A DNA stretch of 64,000 nucleotides from Candidatus Kaiserbacteria bacterium RIFCSPHIGHO2_02_FULL_49_34 (GCA_001781205.1 MFLE01000014.1:26107-90106), one strand, 5' to 3'. Positions 10,079 to 20,102 are shown, numbered from the stretch's first letter. Translations and numbers: made by a program. The notes: generated by a model from the sequence alone, not told the origin.

Positions 10079-10747
10079 ATGAAAAAAACACAAAAGAAAG
10101 CAAGTTTATTAAAAATTAGTATTTTCAGTGTACTGTTCTTACTTCTAAGTGCCGCACCTCTCTATTTCATTGCAGAGAAAAGTGTTCGCAATACCATGCA
10201 GACACAAGCAGAAATGTTTGTACAAAAGATAGATACAAGACTTTTTACGTCGCTTACTGGAACACGCGACGATCTTGACACGCCTGCATATAAGGAACTA
10301 AAATCTGCATTCATAACATTGAAAGAACCACATGATAATATTGCGTTTCTTTATACCGCAGGAATCCGCAACGCAGCATACCGAGCAAAAACAGGAGACA
10401 TTCGCGATGAGAAAGAAGTATTTTTCTACCTCGACAGTGAACCTGAAGACTCGTACGATATCTCCCTCCCTGGCGATATTTACGATGATGCGAGCAGAGC
10501 GCTGTATAACTTATTTGAAACAGGAGAACCATACATTGTAGGACCAGAAACCGATGCATGGGGTACCTGGGTAAGTGTACTCTTACCTATTGGCGGCGAT
10601 ACGCTTGAAACACGTATAGCGTTTGGGGTTGATTACCACGCAGAAACATACACTCGTACGGTGCTTTGGCATCTCTTCAAACTTATGAGTATTCCTCTCC
10701 TCATTCTTTGTATCGGACTCGGTATCTATTGGCGTAAGAAAAAATAA
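10079..10747 (+). CDS. TM-sensor-TM protein resembling the N-terminal input region of kinases/phosphatases, with no cytoplasmic domain
   Basis: FFYLDSEPEDS..SLPGDIY..GPETDAWGTWVS..FGVDY, second TM, then WRKKK-stop. Confidence 0.6.
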   Translation: MKKTQKKASLLKISIFSVLFLLLSAAPLYFIAEKSVRNTMQTQAEMFVQKIDTRLFTSLTGTRDDLDTPAYKELKSAFITLKEPHDNIAFLYTAGIRNAAYRAKTGDIRDEKEVFFYLDSEPEDSYDISLPGDIYDDASRALYNLFETGEPYIVGPETDAWGTWVSVLLPIGGDTLETRIAFGVDYHAETYTRTVLWHLFKLMSIPLLILCIGLGIYWRKKK

Positions 10748-10748
10748 T

Positions 10749-12056
10749 ATGAAGATTAAGAAGCAGCACCGTATGAGGACTATTTTAATTGCTTTTGGCG
10801 CTTTTTGTGTAGTTGGCGCTAGTGTCTTTGTTTATTTCTTCATGCGTCCTGCGCCAATTCTTCGATTCTCATGGATTGAGAATTATCAAGGGAAAAATTT
10901 TCAAGCAGTACTTCGGGCATACGAGGAAGAAATGGGCGTGAAAACTACCTATACCCGCTATCAAGAAGAAGACTACACTGAATTTCTTGCAAAAACAGCA
11001 ACAGTGCCTGACGACGAAAAACTCGCCGATATCGTCATCGTTTCTCCTCGTTTCTTTAAACAAAATCCAGATATATTTCTCCCAATAACCGACTTTATCC
11101 ATGAACACAATGTTCGTGGCACCATGGTTGCGCAATTCGTTGATGCGGCAGCAAGTCATCCTGACCATGACAGTGAATACATTGGGCTCCCTTTGATGGG
11201 CGGCACGACAATTCTCGTCTATCGCCGAGACCTTTTTGAAGATGAGCGCCACAAAGCGATGTTTGCAGAGCGGTATGGCTACGAACTTGCTGTGCCACGA
11301 CTGTGGGGTGATATGCGTGATGTTGCGGAATATTTCACGAACCCCGAGCAAGGCATGGTTGGTTTCAGTATGCCGTTTAGTGATCATGATGGGTCACTTT
11401 CTAAAAGTTTAGAGTCATTTTGGTACACCTTTGCAGAGCCTTCAAATAAAAAGCATAGAAGTCTTAAGGAAATACTAGGATCCGACAACGCCATCCGTAC
11501 ATATATGCTTATCCATTCATGGGCACCCTTCCTTTCAAAGGAAGCCATTACTGGCGGCAGTGTGATTGCGCGCAAAGATTTCGCAGAAGGCAAGGCAGCG
11601 ATGGCGCTCCTTGACAGCGAGTATCTTATCCTCCTTGAAAATCCAGCGTTTAACGCCCATAAAGAAAACACTGGTTACGCCATCGTGCCTGCTGGTGAAT
11701 TCGGTCGCACAACATCAGCCTCTGGCGCAGTCATGGGAATAATCAACCATGACAAATCAAAAGAAGCACTTAAGTTCTTTGCATGGTTTAATACTTCCAG
11801 AGCACAGCAAATCTGGACAGATGCTGGCGGACTTTCCGTATTTAACAGAACACTCCAGTCCCAAAAATTCCTCCAAGATAAGCCGTACCATCCAATCTAC
11901 AAAGACGCACTCGCCCACACCGTTCCTATATCTCCTCTCAAAACAAATCTGGAAGAGCTCACGTTGGTCAATACGGAACTTCAAGACTTTCTCCTCAATC
12001 CCGAAAACCACACCCCCGAGACATCCATAGCGCGACTCCTTGAGGTACTTCAGTAA
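10749..12056 (+). CDS. Extracellular solute-binding protein, family 1 (sugar-type)
   Basis: YIGLP..ILVYRRDLFED..YGYELAVPRLWGDMRDVAEYF; N-terminal TM anchor. Confidence 0.8.
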   Translation: MKIKKQHRMRTILIAFGAFCVVGASVFVYFFMRPAPILRFSWIENYQGKNFQAVLRAYEEEMGVKTTYTRYQEEDYTEFLAKTATVPDDEKLADIVIVSPRFFKQNPDIFLPITDFIHEHNVRGTMVAQFVDAAASHPDHDSEYIGLPLMGGTTILVYRRDLFEDERHKAMFAERYGYELAVPRLWGDMRDVAEYFTNPEQGMVGFSMPFSDHDGSLSKSLESFWYTFAEPSNKKHRSLKEILGSDNAIRTYMLIHSWAPFLSKEAITGGSVIARKDFAEGKAAMALLDSEYLILLENPAFNAHKENTGYAIVPAGEFGRTTSASGAVMGIINHDKSKEALKFFAWFNTSRAQQIWTDAGGLSVFNRTLQSQKFLQDKPYHPIYKDALAHTVPISPLKTNLEELTLVNTELQDFLLNPENHTPETSIARLLEVLQ

Positions 12057-12072
12057 AATGGAGCATCATTCA

Positions 12073-13275
12073 TTACTCCATCTCCTGTTCAAACACCCAC
12101 TTCTTATCTTGTAGTCGTGAGATATACAAGACTGGATCTCGTGGCGCACCATACTCATTAAAAGCAACTAATCCGTATGCGGTATTGATACTTCGCACGG
12201 TTCTGAGTGCATTGAGGAACTTTGTTTTGTCGGGACCTGTTTCTGCAGCGATACGAAATACGAGTGACGCGGCTTCATACCCAGCAAGAGTGAATCGTGA
12301 GGCTGGTTTTTCACCATATGCTTCGAAATAGTTCCTCTCAAACTCTTTTGCACGGACACTTACCAAATCTTCCTGATCTGGCAAGGGGTCAACTGAAAAG
12401 ATGTTCTCTGTATGTATAAATGTGCCAGGATTCTCGATAGTACCAGAAAACGAGGGGCCAATAATGTCACCCGTATAGCCATACTCACGAGCCGCGTTCA
12501 CAAATTCAAATAATCGAGGTGAGCCAAAGGAGCCAACAATAATAGCGTCTGGCCTTGTGGCAAATATCTCATCAAAGTTTTTTGTAGAGCTGGCAAATTC
12601 GGGGAGCGAGTAGCGTATGGTTGTCATCTGTTTTGTTGCTGCATACTCCCCTGCTGACTTAACAATACCCTCTCCAAACGCAATACCATCACTCAGGAGC
12701 ATAAGTGAATTGGCACCGCGACGCCACGCGAATTCGACTGCTACCTGTGATTGTCGCTCGCCATTTGCAGTCATACTAAAAAATGTTAACTCTCCTGTAG
12801 GAAAAAGATTTCTGTATTCATCTGCTGATGCATAGTTTGGTTTACTGAGCCCGGTATAGGTGACAGAAAAACCCATCTGTGCAACTCTCGCTCTGTTTAA
12901 AAGCGGTGCAATCGCAATGTGTACCGGACTTGCAATCGGCCCTATTGATGCGAGAAGCGCTGGGTCGTCCAGATGTTCTATGATGCTCGGTATTTTCTTC
13001 ACATCATCAAACGCTGCAGGCACCTCTGTATTAGAGATATCTACACGAACAAGCTCAATGAGGTACTTTCCCGCATATCCACCCATTTCGGCGAGTGCAA
13101 GATCAACACCAGCATACACACTCCGTGCCGACGCATGACTTGTTGAATAGGGGATTAGAAATTTCACTACCTGTTCTTCCTGTACCGTTTCCTCTTTCGA
13201 AAACCACAGATACCCACCACCAAGAAGCGCGAGAAAAAATACGCACACGCCGACCCATATAAAAATTCTTTTCAT
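12073..13275 (-). CDS. LivK-like branched-chain amino acid-binding protein
   Basis: GVDLALAEMGGYAG..IGPIAS..FGEGI..AGYEAA..GLVAFNEYG; N-terminal TM anchor. Confidence 0.78.
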   Translation of the reverse strand: MKRIFIWVGVCVFFLALLGGGYLWFSKEETVQEEQVVKFLIPYSTSHASARSVYAGVDLALAEMGGYAGKYLIELVRVDISNTEVPAAFDDVKKIPSIIEHLDDPALLASIGPIASPVHIAIAPLLNRARVAQMGFSVTYTGLSKPNYASADEYRNLFPTGELTFFSMTANGERQSQVAVEFAWRRGANSLMLLSDGIAFGEGIVKSAGEYAATKQMTTIRYSLPEFASSTKNFDEIFATRPDAIIVGSFGSPRLFEFVNAAREYGYTGDIIGPSFSGTIENPGTFIHTENIFSVDPLPDQEDLVSVRAKEFERNYFEAYGEKPASRFTLAGYEAASLVFRIAAETGPDKTKFLNALRTVRSINTAYGLVAFNEYGAPRDPVLYISRLQDKKWVFEQEME

Positions 13276-13347
13276 AATTGAAATGACTGGTCGTCGTGCG
13301 ACTCTTCCTTGAAGTATACCCTAAAACACCAAAAGTCCTATCATGCC

Positions 13348-13370
13348 ATTATGCAAACTGTTTGCATAAT
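13348..13370. promoter_or_regulatory. Putative Zur/Fur-family operator overlapping the znuA promoter
   Basis: Perfect 11-1-11 palindrome ATTATGCAAAC-T-GTTTGCATAAT covering a -35-like TTGCAT (13362-67); -10 TAGAGT at 13384-89. Confidence 0.7.
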
Positions 13371-13397
13371 TTTTTGTGTATGCTAGAGTCTGTGCAT

Positions 13398-14330
13398 ATG
13401 AAATTTAAAATAAGTATCGCGTTGATTACTGTCGCGGGAGTCCTCGCACTTCTTTTTGCGCTGAGCACACTTAAAAAGAATGGGGGCGCTACAGAAGTTG
13501 CTGCAAGTTTTTATCCGATTGCGTTTTTGGCCGAGCGGGTTGCTGGTGATTCCGTTACGGTCTTTTCGGTCACACCATTTGACACGGAGCCGCACGACTA
13601 TGAACTTACACCAAGTATGGCACTTCGCCTCAGTAACGCAGCGCTCTTTATTCATACTGGTGCACACCTTGAGCCATGGGCGAATACGGTTATCACAACT
13701 AGAAATACACAAGAACTACCGTCACTTACGCTCCTTACCGAGGAAAACGCGCTTTTGCATGGGGAGGATACTGAAACAGACACACGCGGCGATGACGGAA
13801 GTGAATTCGACCCTCATTTCTGGCTTTCACCACTTCGCGCGATTGCGGCAGCCGATCAGATCGCCTTTACCTTGGCACATGTGTACCCTGAAGACGAAGC
13901 AGTGTTTACAGCAAATGCGCACGCCCTCACAACAACACTCAAGAAACTCGACGCCGCATATCGCACTGAACTTGCATCATGCACATCACGAATTCTTGTG
14001 ACCGACCACGATGCATTCGGCTACCTCGCTGCCGACTATGGACTCACCGTTCATGCAATTCGCGGTATTTCTCCTGATGAAGAACCTTCAATTGCAACAC
14101 TCGCCGCTATCACCGAACTTGTTCGCACGAACAACATCAAAACAATCTTTACCGAAGAGCTCGTCTCACCAACAATCGCGCAAACCATTGCACGAGAAAC
14201 AGGCGCACACGTTGCACTTCTTTCAACCATTGAAGGCCTCACGGAAGACGACATCAAAAACGGCAATGACTATATTTCCAAACTTCGTGGTAATCTAACT
14301 ACACTCAAGAAGTCTCTTGCATGTAACTAA
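13398..14330 (+). CDS. znuA: Zn/Mn ABC transporter substrate-binding protein
   Basis: EPHDYELTP, DPHFWLSP, DHDAFGYLA metal-binding motifs. Confidence 0.9.
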   Translation: MKFKISIALITVAGVLALLFALSTLKKNGGATEVAASFYPIAFLAERVAGDSVTVFSVTPFDTEPHDYELTPSMALRLSNAALFIHTGAHLEPWANTVITTRNTQELPSLTLLTEENALLHGEDTETDTRGDDGSEFDPHFWLSPLRAIAAADQIAFTLAHVYPEDEAVFTANAHALTTTLKKLDAAYRTELASCTSRILVTDHDAFGYLAADYGLTVHAIRGISPDEEPSIATLAAITELVRTNNIKTIFTEELVSPTIAQTIARETGAHVALLSTIEGLTEDDIKNGNDYISKLRGNLTTLKKSLACN

Positions 14331-14331
14331 T

Positions 14332-15012
14332 ATGCTTTGCAATTCATCCGACCCAATCCTAACATTCAAGAACGTCTCCTTCGCCTACGACCGCGAGGCG
14401 ACGCTTTTTGATGTCTCGTTTACGATGCATCGTGGTGATTATCTCGTTGTAACGGGCGAGAATGGTTCCGGCAAATCGACCATCGCAAAGCTCGCCATCG
14501 GGCTTCTCGCTCCCGACACTGGCTCAATTATGTTTGATACGAAGCGTATCGGCTACGTTGCACAACACGCTGCACATATCGACCAGCTCTTCCCTGCAAC
14601 CGTGCGCGATATTGTTTCTATGGGGGTTCGCCCCTTCGACAAGCTCAGGGCAGGCCAAGAGGAAGAGCTCATCGCGAATGCGCTCGAACACGTCTCACTC
14701 GAAAATCACGCAACTGATCATATCGCCGAACTCTCTGGCGGCGAACGGCAACGAGTTATGATAGCCCGTGCGCTCGCGAGCAATCCAGAAATCCTCATTC
14801 TCGACGAACCAACCGTCGGCGTCGCCCATGCAGTCCGCGATGACTTCTATGCACTTCTCCACGAGCTTAATACCAAACATTGCGTCACTATTCTTCTTGT
14901 TACGCACGACAACAGCCGTGCACACCAAGATGCAACCCATGTTGTCTGTGTTGAAAACGGCGGGGTCCATTATCACGAAGACCCACACGAGTCGCACCAT
15001 CATGCACACTAA
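14332..15012 (+). CDS. znuC: Zn/Mn ABC transporter ATPase
   Basis: GENGSGKST, LSGGERQR, ILILDEPT, His-rich tail; start uncertain (14317 or 14332). Confidence 0.9.
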   Translation: MLCNSSDPILTFKNVSFAYDREATLFDVSFTMHRGDYLVVTGENGSGKSTIAKLAIGLLAPDTGSIMFDTKRIGYVAQHAAHIDQLFPATVRDIVSMGVRPFDKLRAGQEEELIANALEHVSLENHATDHIAELSGGERQRVMIARALASNPEILILDEPTVGVAHAVRDDFYALLHELNTKHCVTILLVTHDNSRAHQDATHVVCVENGGVHYHEDPHESHHHAH

Positions 15013-15015
15013 TAT

Positions 15016-15807
15016 ATGTTCACCTACACATTTTTAGAACACGCGATTCTCGCCTCCCTCATTACCGCCATTGTTGCGCCAACCATTGGTTTCTTTCTCG
15101 TACTCCGACGCCAAGCACTTATGGCAGACACGCTTGCACACGTCTCACTTGCCGGTGTTGCCGCTGGTTTTCTTCTTGGTTTTAACCCACTTATTACCGC
15201 ACTTTTCGTCACAACTGGTAGTTCTCTCGCCATTGAACACCTGCGTGCCCGTCGCGTTGCTAGCGAATGGGCACTTGCGCTTTTCCTCTACGGATCACTC
15301 GCTGTCGCCATCATTCTCTTCTCGCTCGGCAAAAACGTCGGCAGTAGAGTAACCTCCTTCCTCTTCGGGAATCTTCTGACCGTCACGGAGAATGATCTCT
15401 TCTTTATGCTCACGCTCGGCGGCATCGTTATTGCAACCGTTGCTGTCTTCTGGAAACCCCTTCTCACCATCACCTTTGACGAAACCTTCGCTCACACCAT
15501 CAACCTCCCTGTCCGTCGTCTCACCACACTCCTTGCCGCACTCACCGCCGCCGTCATCACACTCTCTATCCCTACGCTCGGTGTTCTCCTTATCGGCGCC
15601 ATGATCTCAATCCCCGTCATCGCCGCCCTCCAGCTCCGCGCAAGCGCTGTCACCACTCTCTTTGCTGCAATCGCCATCGCCCTCATCAGCACCCTCTTCG
15701 GCCTCGCCTCCTCCCTCATGCTCAACATCGCCCCCGCCGGCACCATCGTCCTCACACTCATTCTAACTACCCTTCTCATCCGCCTCAGTCTCAGTATAAA
15801 AAAATAG
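15016..15807 (+). CDS. znuB: Zn/Mn ABC transporter permease
   Basis: DTLAHVSLAGVA and SFLFGNLLTV; multiple TM helices. Confidence 0.9.
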   Translation: MFTYTFLEHAILASLITAIVAPTIGFFLVLRRQALMADTLAHVSLAGVAAGFLLGFNPLITALFVTTGSSLAIEHLRARRVASEWALALFLYGSLAVAIILFSLGKNVGSRVTSFLFGNLLTVTENDLFFMLTLGGIVIATVAVFWKPLLTITFDETFAHTINLPVRRLTTLLAALTAAVITLSIPTLGVLLIGAMISIPVIAALQLRASAVTTLFAAIAIALISTLFGLASSLMLNIAPAGTIVLTLILTTLLIRLSLSIKK

Positions 15808-15852
15808 CACAGAGAATAAATCTCTGTGCTATATATGCTTCATACTGCATTA

Positions 15853-16491
15853 TTAGACCTTCGCAACAGGGGGGAACGATCCTTGGATACGCACGAGCAC
15901 TGCTTCGATTTCGTGAATAAGAACAATCTCCTTCTCTGCAAGTTGCAGATAGAAGTCCTGCGTCTCGCGCACCTTGCGCCGTTGTTTTTCTTCAGGAACT
16001 GCCCAGAGCGTCAGTAGATTATGCAGTCGGTCGGCGAGCTTTATGATTATTGCCCACCGCGGCGCACATCCAAGATTTTGATGGTACGCACGATTCCGCG
16101 CCTCTTTATCTCCGTGATACAAATCGACTGACGGCTTAGTCACCCACCACACCAATTGCGCAACACCTTTATTGAACTCAAGTGCAAGACGCTCCTCATT
16201 CCATCCCTCGATATCCTCCATGATGTCATGGAGGAGTGCCGCCACTATCACATTCGCGTCACGAACACGCAGATATTCCATTAAAATCAAGGCGACACCG
16301 CGAAGGTGCTCAAAATATCGTGTCTCACCATCATCTCGAAAGTGCGGCCGGAAGGCGTTTTTCGCGGTGTCATACGCCTTTTCTATGAGAACATACTCTT
16401 CCGAAAAGATCGGAAAATGCCTCCCCACAATGGCAAAGAACTCTTTCCTGCTGCTATTCGCTACAAAAATGTTTTCAATACGAAGCAACAT
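15853..16491 (-). CDS. Stand-alone RelA/SpoT-type HD hydrolase (small alarmone hydrolase/Mesh1-like)
   Basis: RYFEH, AALLHDIMED, IKLADRLHNL; AGGAGG before ATG 16491. Confidence 0.8.
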   Translation of the reverse strand: MLLRIENIFVANSSRKEFFAIVGRHFPIFSEEYVLIEKAYDTAKNAFRPHFRDDGETRYFEHLRGVALILMEYLRVRDANVIVAALLHDIMEDIEGWNEERLALEFNKGVAQLVWWVTKPSVDLYHGDKEARNRAYHQNLGCAPRWAIIIKLADRLHNLLTLWAVPEEKQRRKVRETQDFYLQLAEKEIVLIHEIEAVLVRIQGSFPPVAKV

Positions 16492-16618
16492 GGCGACCTC
16501 CTTCTCTAAGTAAGTTACAAGCGTATGCCGGCAGAGTATATGTTCCCACAACATTTGTCAACGAACGATACTACCTCTATGTCACACGTATTCATACGAG
16601 TTATGCTATACTCGTACC

Positions 16619-17092
16619 ATGTCAGAACGTCTTGCACGTATTGAATGGGATGCACTTCCGCACTTTCCACATGAACGTGGGGATGATTGGTATTGGGTTC
16701 TCGGCATCATTGGTGTCTCAAGCGCTATTGCGGCGTTCATTTTGAGCAATGTGCTTTTTGGTATTCTCATCATTCTCGGTATTCTGGTCATTAGTATCTA
16801 CACTGGCCTTGAAGTGCATGAACCAATCCCCTTCTCTATTTCGCAAGCCGGCATTCAAGTTGGCGACACCACCTATCCCTACGCAAAACTTACCTCATTC
16901 TTCATCGACCGTGAACATCGCCACGGCCCACACCTTCTTATCAGTAAGCCCGACGGCATCGACAACATCCTCATCATCCCTATCCCCGAAGATTACCTCG
17001 ACGAAATCGACGAAACTCTCTCGTACTACCTCCCCGAAGAACATCTCGAGGAGCCACTCCAAAACAGAATCATGGAACTTTTTGGATTATAG
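16619..17092 (+). CDS. Hypothetical membrane protein (two TM helices plus a small beta domain)
   Basis: IEW..HERGDDWYW pattern; TGCTATACT 6 nt upstream of ATG. Confidence 0.75.
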   Translation: MSERLARIEWDALPHFPHERGDDWYWVLGIIGVSSAIAAFILSNVLFGILIILGILVISIYTGLEVHEPIPFSISQAGIQVGDTTYPYAKLTSFFIDREHRHGPHLLISKPDGIDNILIIPIPEDYLDEIDETLSYYLPEEHLEEPLQNRIMELFGL

Positions 17093-17157
17093 AAATCATG
17101 TCACGTCAGGTGATGTTTTTTCGTCTTTTTTGAAAACCAGCGTATACTGTACGCAGT

Positions 17158-18888
17158 ATGCAACTTACTGATGCTCAAATAAAACGGTTTGTGCTCGATA
17201 CGCACTTGGTAACACGCAAAGATGTGGATGCGGCTGCGGCAAAAGCGTCCGACCGTGGGATTTCTTTTGCGGATGCACTGCGCAGCCAAGGATCGCTCAC
17301 GCAGGACGACATCCGCCGCGCGAGCGCATATGTGCTTGGCGTACCATATGTCTCGCTCGTAAAACGCGCCATCGACCCGCACGTGATGCTACTTATGCCA
17401 GAAGCTATAGCCCGCACCTACAGCGCCATTCCCTATGCAATGACTGACGACACTATTGAGGTCGCCGTGCTTGACCTCGCGCATATCCCTGCACTCGAAG
17501 GACGTATGCGTACTGGCGGACGTCGCATGGTTGCACGACTTACCGACACCGCATCCATTCAATCGGCACTGAGCCGCTACCAGCGCCATCTCCACATCGA
17601 ATACAGCGATATCATCCGCAGCGCCTCCGACTCCCTCAAAAAAGCAATCACTCCTGATGAAGTAGAAGCAGGTGCGAAGAAACTCCTCGACACACTCATA
17701 AGTCACGCCCTCACCCAAGAAGCGCGTGTAATCCATATCGAACCAGGCGATGCATGCATTATCCGCTACCGCATCGGTACAACGCTCCATGATGCCATGG
17801 AGCTCCCGAAGCATGTCCTCGAACCGCTCGCTCGCATTGTCACTAAAGTGGCGCGTCTTGGTACAGCGACGGGAAGCGCGCACGACGGACGCTTCCGTAT
17901 TACTCGCCATGGTGAACGCATTGCGGTTCGCGTACGCACTATGCCAACACACACCGGCGTCACCACCGCACTCACTCTCGTACGTGGTAGTAGTCACGGC
18001 TTCACTCTCGACGGTCTCGGCTTCCACGGCGCAATGCTCGATGACTTCCTCCGTGCAAGTGCTGATCCGCACGCGAACATTCTCATCAGCGGCCCTGCAG
18101 GATCCGGCAAAACAACCACGCTCTATACCCTGCTCGACACGCTGCGCACACCAGCGACGAATGTCCTCACGGTTGAATCATCCATCAGTGCACCACTCGC
18201 GCGTATTGGACAGGTCAGTATCCGTCCCGATATCGGCTTCGACACCCGAGCAGCACTGCGCGCCGCACTTGCGCAGGACCCTGATGTGGTTGGTATCGAT
18301 GTCGCAAGTGACCAAACTGAACTTCTACAATTGCTTAGTGGCGCACGACTTCGCTCCATCCGCACCATCACCACCTCTTCACTCGGTGCTGCATGTGAGG
18401 CACTCGAGGTATTTGCAAAAGCTGCTGACGAGGCAACGCTTCCCCTCACCCACGTACTCGGCATCGCATCCGTCCGCATGCTCGGCGTAAACCGCGAAGC
18501 ATATCATCTCAGCGCACGCGAAATGGACAATCTTCGGAGCGTCGCCCGCATGAGCGACATTCTAGAAATACTCAAAGAAGAGCGTATCGTTCCTCCGAAG
18601 GCAACGTGGAGCAGTGTCCCCTTCTACCGTGCGCCACTCGAGACACCTGAACATGAAATCCATGCCGGCATGATTGGCGTCCATGAGCTTCTCACCGTCA
18701 CACCCGAACTCCTCACTGCATCGAAAAAACCCGACGCCTCGAACTACCTCGCCCACGCCGTCGAGCACGGCATGTTTACCCTCGTCGAGGACGCCATCAT
18801 GAAGGCCTCCATGGGAATCACCACCCTTGAAGAAGTCTGGCGCATCGTTGCCCTCTACTATGGCGAGAATGCAATTCCGACAAAATAA
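17158..18888 (+). CDS. GspE/PilB-like secretion ATPase paralog with degenerate catalytic motifs
   Basis: Full PilB architecture and Walker A GPAGSGKTT; Asp box, Walker B, His box and Zn cysteines altered. Confidence 0.8.
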   Translation: MQLTDAQIKRFVLDTHLVTRKDVDAAAAKASDRGISFADALRSQGSLTQDDIRRASAYVLGVPYVSLVKRAIDPHVMLLMPEAIARTYSAIPYAMTDDTIEVAVLDLAHIPALEGRMRTGGRRMVARLTDTASIQSALSRYQRHLHIEYSDIIRSASDSLKKAITPDEVEAGAKKLLDTLISHALTQEARVIHIEPGDACIIRYRIGTTLHDAMELPKHVLEPLARIVTKVARLGTATGSAHDGRFRITRHGERIAVRVRTMPTHTGVTTALTLVRGSSHGFTLDGLGFHGAMLDDFLRASADPHANILISGPAGSGKTTTLYTLLDTLRTPATNVLTVESSISAPLARIGQVSIRPDIGFDTRAALRAALAQDPDVVGIDVASDQTELLQLLSGARLRSIRTITTSSLGAACEALEVFAKAADEATLPLTHVLGIASVRMLGVNREAYHLSAREMDNLRSVARMSDILEILKEERIVPPKATWSSVPFYRAPLETPEHEIHAGMIGVHELLTVTPELLTASKKPDASNYLAHAVEHGMFTLVEDAIMKASMGITTLEEVWRIVALYYGENAIPTK

Positions 18889-18974
18889 AACTGAAAAATT
18901 CTCTCCGCTCGTGGAGAGAATTTTTATACCACTTGATCTGGCAAACAAAAAAAACTCCACGAATGGAGATTTTT

Positions 18975-19430
18975 TTACGCTGCTGCGGGAGTTTCCTGAG
19001 CTGCTTCTGCTTCTTCGGTAGGAGTTTCAGCTTCAGCTGCTTTCGCTGCTGCGGCTTCTTCTGCTGCCTTCGCTTCTGCTTCAGCCTTTGCTTTTGCATC
19101 TGCTTCGGCTTTCGCCTTTGCTTCAGCTTCAGCCTTAAGCTTTGCTTCGTCGATAATTGGTGACTTCTTTGGAAGGACGTTTACTTTTCGTCCTTCGAGC
19201 GTTCCCTGAGTGATAAGAAGGTTTCGTACGGTATCCGATACTTGTACCCCCTTCGCAATCCAGTCCTTGGCACGTGCACCATCGATTTCAATCCGATTTG
19301 TTTTCGGAGAGTATGAACCAATAGTATCTGCATGTTTGCCACTTTTAGGACCGTGACGCGAGTCGGTAACAACAACACGGAATGACGGATCATTCTTACG
19401 CCCAGTTCGCTGTAATCGCATTTTGAGCAT
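18975..19430 (-). CDS. rpsP: 30S ribosomal protein S16 with Ala/Glu/Lys-rich C-terminal extension
   Basis: MLKMRLQRTGRKNDPSFRVVVTDSR..GSYSP..GVQVSDTV. Confidence 0.95.
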   Translation of the reverse strand: MLKMRLQRTGRKNDPSFRVVVTDSRHGPKSGKHADTIGSYSPKTNRIEIDGARAKDWIAKGVQVSDTVRNLLITQGTLEGRKVNVLPKKSPIIDEAKLKAEAEAKAKAEADAKAKAEAEAKAAEEAAAAKAAEAETPTEEAEAAQETPAAA

Positions 19431-19541
19431 GGCTAGAAGATACCAGAAAATAAGGATAAGTCAACCATTTCACCCCAGCACACCATGTCTGCAAAAAAAA
19501 TGCCGCCCGGGTTGGGCGGCTGCGAAATGCGCTGTGGTGAG

Positions 19542-20102
19542 CTATGCGTCACTCTCTTCCTTAAATGCGTCGTACGGAAATGCTATCTGTTTCCAGTCGC
19601 TTCGTTTAAGGTAGAGATTGAGATCTGCCGCGTCTGCTCTTTGTGCAAGTACACGCGGCACAACTGCTTCCGATACCATGTGCGAGTGTGCGTTGATGCG
19701 AAATATCAGAGCTCTGCCATCCCCCGTTTCCACGTAATGGCATACTTTCTGCTGGAAGCCTGCCCTGAGGATACCTTCTTCGCCGACAACAACAGGCGCC
19801 CCTACTCCTGTCATCATCAGTCTTACTTTTGCAGCATCCTTGATGACAAAGAGCGTTCCGTCATCTGCAATACCCCACCCCCTCTGGTTATCGAGCCTTG
19901 CCTTAATAAGACGCCGCGATTCCTCTGCAAGGATGGTTTGTATCCGAATTGCTGCATCAAGGACTGCATCGTGAGTTTTTCCGTCCTCTTCCTTACTACG
20001 TTTCTTTGAACGCAGACTGCGAATAGCGAAAATGAGAACGACGAATGCTATGCATATCGCAATTATCGAAAGGTACATAAGGACGGTATCTACAGTTGGC
20101 AT
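19542..20102 (-). CDS. Hypothetical membrane-anchored protein (ORFan)
   Basis: N-terminal TM; AGAGG SD; TTGACT-16-TACAGT promoter at 20144-20171. Confidence 0.65.
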   Translation of the reverse strand: MPTVDTVLMYLSIIAICIAFVVLIFAIRSLRSKKRSKEEDGKTHDAVLDAAIRIQTILAEESRRLIKARLDNQRGWGIADDGTLFVIKDAAKVRLMMTGVGAPVVVGEEGILRAGFQQKVCHYVETGDGRALIFRINAHSHMVSEAVVPRVLAQRADAADLNLYLKRSDWKQIAFPYDAFKEESDA

